Below, piece after piece: positions 52,201 through 64,000 of a stretch of 64,000 nt of DNA (its first letter is position 1; each line of letters begins with the position of its first letter). This stretch comes from Paragordius varius (lineage: Eukaryota; Animalia; Nematomorpha). The stretch spans positions 14,074,001 to 14,138,000 of the forward strand of contig OZ176052.1 in the NCBI GenBank assembly GCA_964247055.1, read 5' to 3'. Position numbers and translations under genes: made by a program. A model generated the notes under the pieces. That model searched no databases and was not told the DNA's origin. It worked only from the letters and a program-made list of their open reading frames with translations.

Positions 52201-55200
52201 AAATTTTTTAAATATTTAAAAAATTCATAAAAATTACATTTATACTCCGATCTCGAAAATATTTGGGGTGATGATGGAACTACCATAGGGCTACCCAAAA
52301 AAAATTATAGTGACATCACCTGATCAAATTTGGATTTTAGGTAGCCATTTTTATTTTTAAAATCGTATAAAATAAATTTTTTAAATATTTAAAAAATTCA
52401 TAAAAATTACATTTATAGTCCGATCACAATATTTGGTATGATGATGGAACTACCATAGGGCTACCCAAAAAAAATTATAGTGACATCACCTGATCAAATT
52501 TGGATTTTAGGTAGCCATTTTTATTTTTAAAATCGTATAAAATAAATTTTTTAAATATTTAAAAAATTCATAAATATTACATTTATAGTCCGATCCCCAA
52601 AATATTTGGGGTGATGATGGAACAACCATAGGGCTACGCAAAAAAAATTATGGCGACATCACCTGATCAAATTTGGATTTTAGGTAGCCATTTTTATTTT
52701 TAAAATCGTATAAAATAAATTTTTTAAATATTTAAAAAATTCAAAAAAATTACATTTATACTCCGATCTCGAAAATATTTGGGGTGATGATGGAACTACC
52801 ATAGGGCTACCCAAAAAAAATTATGGCGACATCACCTGATCAAATTTGGATTTTAGGTAGCCATTTTTATTTTTAAAATCGTATAAAATAAATTTTTTAA
52901 ATGTTTAAAAAATTCATAAAAATTACATTTATAGTCCGATCCCCAAAATATTTGGGGTGATGATGGAATTACCATAGGGCTACCCAAAAAAAATTATGGT
53001 GACATCACCTGATCAAATTTGGATTTTAGGTAGCCATTTTTATTTTTAAAATCGTATAAAATAAATTTTTTAAATGTTTAAAAAATTCATAAAAATTACA
53101 TTTATAGTCCGATCCCCAAAATATTTGGGGTGATGATGGAACTACCATAGGGCTACCCAAAAAAAATTATAGTGACATCACCTGATCAAATTTGGATTTT
53201 AGGTAGCCATTTTTATTTTTAAAATCGTATAAAATAAATTTTTTAAATATTTAAAAAATTCATAAAAATTACATTTATAGTCCGATCCCCAAAATATTTG
53301 GGGTGATGATGGAACAACCATAGGGCTACGCAAAAAAAATTATGGCGACATCACCTGATCAAATTTGGATTTTAGGTAGCCATTTTTATTTTTAAAATCG
53401 TATAAAATAAATTTTTTAAATATTTAAAAAATTCAAAAAAATTACATTTATACTCCGATCCCCAAAATATTTGGGGTGATGATGGAATTACCATAGGGCT
53501 ACCCAAAAAAAATTATGGTGACATCACCTGATCAAATTTGGATTTTAGGTAGCCATTTTTATTTTTAAAATCGTATAAAATAATTTTTTAAATGTTTAAA
53601 AAATTCATAAAAATTACATTTATAGTCCGATCCCCAAAATATTTGGGGTGATGATGGAATTACCATAGGGCTACCCAAAAAAATTATGGTGACATCACCT
53701 GATCAAATTTGGATTTTAGGTAGCCATTTTTATTTTTAATATCGTATAAAATAAATTTTTTAAATATTTAAAAAATTCAAAAAAATTACATTTATACTCC
53801 GATCCCCAAAATATTTGGGGTGATGATGGAATTACCATAGGGCTACCCAAAAAAAATTATGGCGACATCACCTGATCAAATTTGGATTTAAGGTAGCCAT
53901 TTTTATTTTTAAAATCGTATAAAATAAATTTTTTAAATATTTAAAAAATTCAAAAAAATTACATTTATACTCCGATCCCCAAAATATTTGGGGTGATGAT
54001 GGAATTACCATAGGGCTACCCAAAAAAAATTATGGTGACATCACCTGATCAAATTTGGATTTTAGGCCATTTTTATTTTTAAAATCGTATAAAATAAAAT
54101 TTTTAAATATTTAAAAAATTCATAAAAATTACATTTATACTCCGATCTCGAAAATATTTGGGGTTATGATGGAACTACCATAGGGCTACCCAAAAAAAAT
54201 TATGGCGACATCACCAGATCAAATTTGGATTTTAGGTAGCCATTTTTATTTTTAAAATCGTATAAAATAAATTTTTTAAATGTTTAAAAAATTCATAAAA
54301 ATTACATTTATAGTCCGATCCCCAAAATATTTGGGGTGATGATGGAATTACCATAGGGCTACCCAAAAAAATTATGGTGACATCACCTGATCAAATTTGG
54401 ATTTTAGGTAGCCATTTTTATTTTTAATATCGTATAAAATAAATTTTTTAAATATTTAAAAAATTCATAAAAATTACATTTATAGTCCGATCCCCAAAAT
54501 ATTTGGGGTGATGATGGAACTACCATAGGGCTACCCAAAAAAAATTATAGTGACATCACCTGATCAAATTTGGATATTAGGTAGCCATTTTTATTTTTAA
54601 TATCGTATAAAATAAATTTTTTAAATATTTAAAAAATTCATAAAAATTACATTTATAGTCCGATCCCCAAAATATTTGAGGTGATGATGGAACAACCATA
54701 GGGCTACGCAAAAAAAATTATGGCGACATTACCTGATCAAATTTGGATTTTAGGTAGCCATTTTTATTTTTAAAATCGTATAAAATAAATTTTTTAAATA
54801 TTTAAAAAATTCAAAAAAATTACATTTATACTCCGATCTCGAAAATATTTGGGGTGATGATGGAACTACCATAGGGCTACCCAAAAAAAATTATGGCGAC
54901 ATCACCTGATCAAATTTGGATTTTAGGTAGTCATTTTTATTTTTAAAATCCTATAAAATAAATTTTTTAAATATTTAAAAAATTCATAAAAATTACATTT
55001 ATACTCCGATATCGAAAATATTTGGGGTGATGATGGAACTACCATAGGGCTACCCAAAAAAAATTATAGTGACATCACCTGATCAGATTTGGATTTTAGA
55101 TAAACCATTTTTATTTTTAATATCGTATAAAATAAATTTTTTAAATATTTAAAAAATTCATAAAAATTACATTTATAGTCCGATCCCCAAAATATTTGGG

Positions 55201-58200
55201 GTGATGATGGAACTACCATAGGGCTACCCAAAAAAAATTATAGTGACATCACCTGATCAAATTTGGATTTTAGGTAGCCATTTTTATTTTTAAAATCGTA
55301 TAAAATAAATTTTTTAAATATTTAAAGAATTCATAAAAATTACATTTATAGTCCGATCCCCAAAGTATTTGGGGTGATTATGGAACTACCATAGGGCTAC
55401 CCAAAAAAATTATGGCGACATCACCTGATCAAATTTGGATTTTAGGTAGCCATTTTTATTTTTAAAATCGTATAAAATAAATTTTTTAAATATTTAAAAA
55501 ATTCATAAAAATTACATTTATAGTCCGATCTCGACAATATTTGGGGTGATGATGGAATTACCATAGGGCTACCCAAAAAAAATTATGGTGATATCACCTG
55601 ATCAAATTTGGATTTTAGGTAGCCATTTTTATTTTTAAAATCGTATAAAATAAATTTTTTAAATATTTAAAAAATTCATAAAAATTACATTTATACTCCG
55701 ATCTCGAAAATATTTGGGGTGATGATGGAACTACCATAGGGCTACCCAAAAAAATTATGGTGACATCACCTGATCAATTTTGGATTTTAGGTAGCCATTT
55801 TTATTTTTAAAATCGTATAAAATAAATTTTTTAAATATTTAAAAAATTCATAAAAATTACATTTATACTCCGATCTCGAAAATATTTGGGGTGATGATGG
55901 AACTACCATAGGGCTACCCAAAAAAAATTATAGTGACATCACCTGATCAAATTTGGATTTTAGGTAGCCATTTTTATTTTTAAAATCGTATAAAATAAAT
56001 TTTTTAAATATTTAAAAAATTGATAAAAATTACATTTATAGTCCGATCCCCAAAATATTTGGGGTGATGATGGAACTACCATAGGGCTACCCAAAAAAAA
56101 TTATGGTGACATCACCTGATCAAATTTGGATTTTAGGTAGCCATTTTTATTTTTAAAATCATATAAAATAAATTTTTTAAATATTTAAAAAATTCATAAA
56201 AATTACATTTATACTCCGATCTCGAAAATATTTGGGGTGATGATGGAACTACCATAGGGCTACCCAAAAAAAATTATGGTGACATCACCTGATCAAATTT
56301 GGATTTTAGGTAGCCATTTTTATTTTTAAAATCGTATAAAATAAATTTTTTAAATATTTAAAAAATTCATAAAAGTTACATTTATAGTCCGATCCCCAAA
56401 ATATTTGTGGTGATGATGGAACTACCATAGGGCTACCCAAAAAAAATTATGGTGACATCACCTGATCAAATTTGGATTTTAGGTAGCCATTTTTATTTTT
56501 CAAATCGTATAAAATAAATTTTTTAAATATTTAAAAAATTCAAAAAAATTACATTTATACTCCGATCTCGACAATATTTGGGGTGATGATGGAATTACCA
56601 TAGGGCTACCCAAAAAAAATTATGGTGACATCACCTGATCAAATTTGGATTTTAGGTAGCCATTTTTATTTTTAAAATCGTATAAAATAAATTTTTTAAA
56701 TATTTAAAAAATTCATAAAAATTACATTTATACTCCGATCTCGAAAATATTTGGGGTGATGATGGAACTACCATAGGGCTACCCAAAAAAAATTATGGTG
56801 ACATCACATGATCAAATTTGGATTTTAGGTAGCCATTTTTATTTTTAAAATCGTATAAAATAAATTTTTTAAATATTTAAAAAATTCATAAAAATTACAT
56901 TTATACTCCGATCTCGATAATATTTGGGGTGATGATGGAACTACCATAGGGCTACCCAAAAAAAATTATAGTGACATCACCTGATCAAATTTGGATTTTA
57001 GGTAGCCATTTTTTTTAAAATCGTATAAAATAAATTTTTTAAATATTTAAAAAATTCATAAAAATTACATTTATAGTCCGATCCCCAAAATATTTGGGGT
57101 GATGATGGAATTACCATAGGGCTACCCAAAAAAAATTATGGTGACATCACCTGATCAAATTTGGATTTTAGGTAGCCATTTTTATTTTTAATATCGTATA
57201 AAATAAATTTTTTAAATATTTAAAAAATTCATAAAAATTACATTTATAGTCTGATCCCCAAAATATTTGAGGTGATGATGGAACAACCATAGGGCTACGC
57301 AAAAAAAATTTAGCGACATCACCTGATCAAATTTGGATTTTAGGTAGCCATTTTTATTTTTAAAATCGTATAAAATAAATTTTTTAAATATTTAAAAAAT
57401 TCAAAAAAATTACATTTATACTCCGATCTCGAAAATATTTGGGGTGATGATGGAACTACCATAGGGCTACCCAAAAAAAATTATAGTGACATCACCTGAT
57501 CAAATTTGGATTTTAGGTAGCCATTTTTATTTTTAAAATCGTATAAAATAAATTTTTTAAATATTTAAAAAATTCATAAAAATTACATTTATAGTCCGAT
57601 CCCCAAAATATTTGGGGTGATGATGGAATTACCATAGGGCTACCCAAAAAAAATTATGGTGACATCACCTGATCAAATTTGGATTTTAGGTAGCCATTTT
57701 TATTTTTAATATCGTATAAAATAAATTTTTTAAATATTTAAAAAATTCAAAAAAATTACATTTATACTCCGATCTCGAAAATATTTGGGGTGATGATGGA
57801 ACTACCATAGGGCTACCCAAAAAAAATTATGGCGACATCACCAGATCAAATTTGGATTTTAGGTAGCCATTTTTATTTTTAAAATCATATAAAATAAATT
57901 TTTTAAATATTTAAAAAATTCATAAAAATTACATTTATACTCCGATCTCGAAAATATTTGGGGTGATGATGGAACTACCATAGGGCTACCCAAAAAAAAT
58001 TATGGTGACATCACCTGATCAAATTTGGATTTTAGGTAGCCATTTTTATTTTTAAAATCGTATAAAATAAATTTTTTAAATATTTAAAAAATTCATAAAA
58101 GTTACATTTATAGTCCGATCCCCAAAATATTTGTGGTGATGATGGAACTACCATAGGGCTACCCAAAAAAAATTATGGTGACATCACCTGATCAAATTTG

Positions 58201-61200
58201 GATTTTAGGTAGCCATTTTTATTTTTCAAATCGTATAAAATAAATTTTTTAAATATTTAAAAAATTCAAAAAAATTACATTTATACTCCGATCTCGACAA
58301 TATTTGGGGTGATGATGGAATTACCATAGGGCTACCCAAAAAAAATTATGGTGACATCACCTGATCAAATTTGGATTTTAGGTAGCCATTTTTATTTTTA
58401 ATATCGTATAAAATAAATTTTTTAAATATTTAAAAAATTCATAAAAATTACATTTATAGTCCGATCTCGAAAATATTTGGGGTGATGATGGAACTACCAT
58501 AGGGCTACCCAAAAAAAATTATGGTGACATCACCTGATCAATTTTGGATTTTAGGTAGCCATTTTTATTTTTAAAATCGTATAAAATAAATTTTTTAAAT
58601 ATTTAAAAAATTCATAAAAATTACATTTATACTCCGATCTCGAAAATATTTGGGGTGATGATGGAACTACCATAGGGCTACCCAAAAAAAATTATAGTGA
58701 CATCACCTGATCAAATTTGGATTTTAGGTAGCCATTTTTATTTTTAAAATCGTATAAAATAAATTTTTTAAATATTTAAAAAATTCATAAAAATTACATT
58801 TATAGTCCGATCCCCAAAATATTTGGGGTGATGATGGAACTACCATAGGGCTACCCAAAAAAAATTATGGTGACATCACCTGATCAAATTTGGATTTTAG
58901 GTAGCCATTTTTATTTTTAAAATCATATAAAATAAATTTTTTAAATATTTAAAAAATTCATAAAAATTACATTTATACTCCGATCTCGAAAATATTTGGG
59001 GTGATGATGGAACTACCATAGGGCTACCCAAAAAAAATTATGGTGACATCACCTGATCAAATTTGGATTTTAGGTAGCCATTTTTATTTTTAAAATCGTA
59101 TAAAATAAATTTTTTAAATATTTAAAAAATTCATAAAAGTTACATTTATAGTCCGATCCCCAAAATATTTGTGGTGATGATGGAACTACCATAGGGCTAC
59201 CCAAAAAAAATTATGGTGACATCACCTGATTAAATTTGGATTTTAGGTAGCCATTTTTATTTTTCAAATCGTATAAAATAAATTTTTTAAATATTTAAAA
59301 AATTCAAAAAAATTACATTTATACTCCGATCTCGACAATATTTGGGGTGATGATGGAATTACCATAGGGCTACCCAAAAAAAATTATGGTGACATCACCT
59401 GATCAAATTTGGATTTTAGGTAGCCATTTTTATTTTTAAAATCGTATAAAATAAATTTTTTAAATATTTAAAAAATTCATAAAAATTACATTTATACTCC
59501 GATCTCGAAAATATTTGGGGTGATGATGGAACTACCATAGCGCTACCCAAAAAAAATTATGGTGACATCACCTGATCAAATTTGGATTTTAGGTAGCCAT
59601 TTTTATTTTTAAAATCGTATAAAATAAATTTTTTAAATATTTAAAAAATTCATAAAAGTTACATTTATAGTCCGATCCCCAAAATATTTGTGGTGATGAT
59701 GGAACTACCATAGGGCTACCCAAAAAAAATTATGGTGACATCACATGATCAAATTTGGATTTTAGGTAGCCATTTTTATTTTTAAAATCGTATAAAATAA
59801 ATTTTTTAAATATTTAAAAAATTCATAAAAATTACATTTATACTCCGATCTCGAAAATATTTGGGGTGATGATGGAACTACCATAGGGCTACCCAAAAAA
59901 AATTATAGTGACATCACCTGATCAAATTTGGATTTTAGGTAGCCATTTTTATTTTTAAAATCGTATAAAATAAATTTTTTAAATATTTAAAAAATTCATA
60001 AAAATTACATTTATAGTCCGATCCCCAAAATATTTGGGGTGATGATGGAATTACCATAGGGCTACCCAAAAAAAATTATGGTGACATCACCTGATCAAAT
60101 TTGGATTTTAGGTAGCCATTTTTATTTTTAATATCGTATAAAATAAATTTTTTAAATATTTAAAAAATTCATAAAAATTACATTTATAGTCTGATCCCCA
60201 AAATATTTGAGGTGATGATGGAACAACCATAGGGCTACGCAAAAAAAATTTAGCGACATCACCTGATCAAATTTGGATTTTAGGTAGCCATTTTTATTTT
60301 TAAAATCGTATAAAATAAATTTTTTAAATATTTAAAAAATTCAAAAAAATTACATTTATACTCCGATCTCGAAAATATTTGGGGTGATGATGGAACTACC
60401 ATAGGGCTACCCAAAAAAAATTATAGTGACATCACCTGATCAAATTTGGATTTTAGGTAGCCATTTTTATTTTTAAAATCGTATAAAATAAATTTTTTAA
60501 ATATTTAAAAAATTCATAAAAATTACATTTATAGTCCGATCCCCAAAATATTTGGGGTGATGATGGAATTACCATAGGGCTACCCAAAAAAAATTATGGT
60601 GACATCACCTGATCAAATTTGGATTTTAGGTAGCCATTTTTATTTTTAATATCGTATAAAATAAATTTTTTAAATATTTAAAAAATTCAAAAAAATTACA
60701 TTTATACTCCGATCTCGAAAATATTTGGGGTGATGATGGAACTACCATAGGGCTACCCAAAAAAAATTATGGCGACATCACCAGATCAAATTTGGATTTT
60801 AGGTAACCATTTTTATTTTTAATATCGTATAAAATAAATTTTTTAAATATTTAAAAAATTCATAAAAATTACATTTATAGTCCGATCCCCAAAATATTTG
60901 GGGTGATGATGGAACTACCATAGGGCTAAATTATAGTGACATCACCTGATCAAATTTAGATTTTAGGTAGCCATTTTAATTTTTAAAATCGTATAAAATA
61001 AATTTTTTAAATATTTAAAAAATTCAAAAAAATTACATTTATACTCCGATCTCGAAAATATTTGGGGTGATGATGGAACTACCATAGGGCTACCCAAAAA
61101 AAATTATGGCGACATCACCTGATCAAATTTGGATTTTAGGTAGCCATTTTTATTTTTAAAATCGTATGAAATAAATTTTTTAAATATTTAAAAAATTCAT

Positions 61201-64000
61201 AAAAATTACATTTATACTCCGATCTCGAAAATATTTGGGGTGATGATGGAACTACCATAGGGCTACCCAAAAAAAATTATAGTGACATCACCTGATCAAA
61301 TTTGGATTTTAGGTAGCCATTTTTATTTTTAAAATCGTATAAAATAAATTTTTTAAATATTTAAAAAATTCATAAAAATTACATTTATAGTCCGATCACA
61401 ATATTTGGTATGATGATGGAACTACCATAGGGCTACCCAAAAAAAATTATAGTGACATCACCTGATCAAATTTGGATTTTAGGTAGCCATTTTTATTTTT
61501 AAAATCGTATAAAATAAATTTTTTTAATATTTAAAAAATTCATAAAAATTACATTTATAGTCCGATCCCCAAAATATTTGGGGTGATGATGGAACAACCA
61601 TAGGGCTACGCAAAAAAAATTATGGCGACATCACCTGATCAAATTTGGATTTTAGGTAGCCATTTTTATTTTTAAAATCGTATAAAATAAATTTTTTAAA
61701 TATTTAAAAAATTCAAAAAAATTACATTTATACTCCGATCTCGAAAATATTTGGGGTGATGATGGAATTACCATAGGGCTACCCAAAAAAATTATGGTGA
61801 CATCACCTGATCAAATTTGGATTTTAGGTAGCCATTTTTATTTTTAAAATCGTATAAAATAATTTTTTAAATGTTTAAAAAATTCATAAAAATTACATTT
61901 ATAGTCCGATCCCCAAAATATTTGGGGTGATGATGGAATTACCATAGGGCTACCCAAAAAAATTATGGTGACATCACCTGATCAAATTTGGATTTTAGGT
62001 AGCCATTTTTATTTTTAATATCGTATAAAATAAATTTTTTAAATATTTAAAAAATTCATAAAAATTACATTTATAGTCCGATCCCCAAAATATTTGGGGT
62101 GATGATGGAACTACCATAGGGCTACCCAAAAAAAATTATAATGACATCACCTGATCAAATTTGGATTTTAGGTAGCCATTTTTATTTTTAATATCGTATA
62201 AAATAAATTTTTTAAATATTTAAAAAATTCAAAAAAATTACATTTATACTCCGATCTCGAAAATATTTGGGGTGATGATGGAACTACCATAGGGCTACCC
62301 AAAAAAAATTATGGCGACATCACCTGATCAAATTTGGATTTTAGGTAGCCATTTTTATTTTTAAAATCGTATAAAATAAATTTTTTAAATATTTAAAAAA
62401 TTCATAAAAATTACATTTATACTCCGATCTCGAAAATATTTGGGGTGATGATGGAACTACCATAGGGCTACGCAAAAAAAATTATGGCGACATCACCTGA
62501 TCAAATTTGGATTTAAGGTAGCCATTTTTATTTTTAAAATCGTATAAAATAAATTTTTTAAATATTTAAAAAATTCAAAAAAATTACATTTATACTCCGA
62601 TCCCCAAAATATTTGGGGTGATGATGGAATTACCATAGGGCTACCCAAAAAAAATTATGGTGACATCACCTGATCAAATTTGGATTTTAGGCCATTTTTA
62701 TTTTTAAAATCGTATAAAATAAATTTTTTAAATATTTAAAAAATTCATAAAAATTACATTTATACTCCGATCTCGAAAATATTTGGGGTGATGATGGAAC
62801 TACCATAGGGCTACCCAAAAAAAATTATGGCGACATCACCAGATCAAATTTGGATTTTAGGTAGCCATTTTTATTTTTAAAATCGTATAAAATAAATTTT
62901 TTAAATATTTAAAAAATTCATAAAAATTACATTTATAGTCCGATCCCCAAAATATTTGGGGTGATGATGGAACTACCATAGGGCTACCCAAAAAAAATTA
63001 TGGTGACATCACATGATCAAATTTGGATTTTAGGTAGCCATTTTTATTTTTAAAATCGTATAAAATAAATTTTTTAAATATTTAAAAAATTCATAAAAAT
63101 TACATTTATAGTCCGATCCCCAAAATATTTGGGGTGATGATGGAACTACCATAGGGCTACCCAAAAAAAATTATAGTGACATCACCTGATCAAATTTGGA
63201 TATTAGGTAGCCATTTTTATTTTTAATATCGTATAAAATAAATTTTTTAAATATTTAAAAAATTCATAAAAATTACATTTATAGTCCGATCCCCAAAATA
63301 TTTGAGGTGATGATGGAACAACCATAGGGCTACGCAAAAAAAATTATGGCGACATCACCTGATCAAATTTGGATTTTAGGTAGCCATTTTTATTTTTAAA
63401 ATCGTATAAAATAAATTTTTTAAATATTTAAAAAATTCAAAAAAATTACATTTATACTCCGATCTCGAAAATATTTGGGGTGATGATGGAACTACCATAG
63501 GGCTACCCAAAAAAAATTATGGCGACATCACTTGATCAAATTTGGATTTTAGGTAGTCATTTTTATTTTTAAAATCGTATAAAATAAATTTTTTAAATAT
63601 TTAAAAAATTCATAAAAATTACATTTATACTCCGATATCGAAAATATTTGGGGTGATGATGGAACTACCATAGGGCTACCCAAAAAAAATTATAGTGACA
63701 TCACCTGATCAAATTTGGATTTTAGATAAACCATTTTTATTTTTAATATCGTATAAAATAAATTTTTTAAATATTTAAAAAATTCATAAAAATTACATTT
63801 ATAGTCCGATCCCCAAAATATTTGGGGTGATGATGGAACTACCATAGGGCTACCCAAAAAAAATTATAGTGACATCACCTGATAAAATTTGGATTTTAGG
63901 TAGCCATTTTTATTTTTAAAATCGTATAAAATAAATTTTTTAAATATTTAAAAAATTCATAAAAATTACATTTATAGTCCGATCCCCAAAATATTTGGGG
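40229..64000 (+). repeat. Near-identical second copy of 1-24290 (~40-kb period duplication)
   Basis: More than 25 rare variants recur at piecewise-constant offsets: 40228 (1424/41652, 4833/45061, 8681/48909), 38842-38845 (11401/50243), 40053 (12371/52424, 19488/59541, 21111/61164) and 39710 (23821/63531, 24171/63881). Confidence 0.93.
50640..51850 (+). repeat. 7-monomer block (1211 bp) present only in the second 40-kb copy
   Basis: Offset jumps from 38842 to 40053. The block repeats markers CGAATA (50808 vs 48909), GTCTGAT and TTTAGCGAC from ~1.9 kb upstream. Confidence 0.85.

Larger units (their letters stand above)
30034..64000 (+). repeat. 173-bp satellite DNA tandem array, right arm (~196 monomers)
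   Basis: Same monomer, orientation and period as the left arm, continuous to the window end. Confidence 0.99.

Noticed and set aside
1-64000. CRISPR array
   Set aside because: There are no unique spacers; the entire 173-bp unit repeats, and no cas genes are present.
1-64000. Assignment to a named satellite family or host species
   Set aside because: I do not recognise the monomer, and 170-180 bp AT-rich satellites occur in many lineages. A database search is required.

Overview
This window is eukaryotic-type satellite DNA. About 98% is one head-to-tail tandem array of a 173-bp monomer (~362 copies, ~28% GC, all in one orientation). It has no intact genes, RNA genes or CRISPR array. The array is interrupted once (28662-30033) by a 1372-bp non-autonomous hAT-superfamily DNA transposon. 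The element has perfect 10-bp TIRs (TAGGGTTGTG), an 8-bp TSD (GTGACATC), palindromic subterminal repeats and a frameshifted BED-finger/RNase H-type transposase relic. Rare monomer variants, traced by hand, show nested higher-order repeats: 4-mer (691 bp), two different 13-mers (2247 bp), an 8-mer, a 17-mer, a 22-mer (3802 bp), a ~9-9.7 kb block and a near-identical ~40-kb duplication (1-24290 vs 40229-64000). The two 40-kb copies differ mainly by whole-monomer gains and losses. The transposon sits at the centre of the monomer's main dyad and at the junction of two HOR domains. The host and any centromeric function cannot be determined from sequence alone. Offsets were checked by eye at marker variants, not by full alignment, so block boundaries are approximate.
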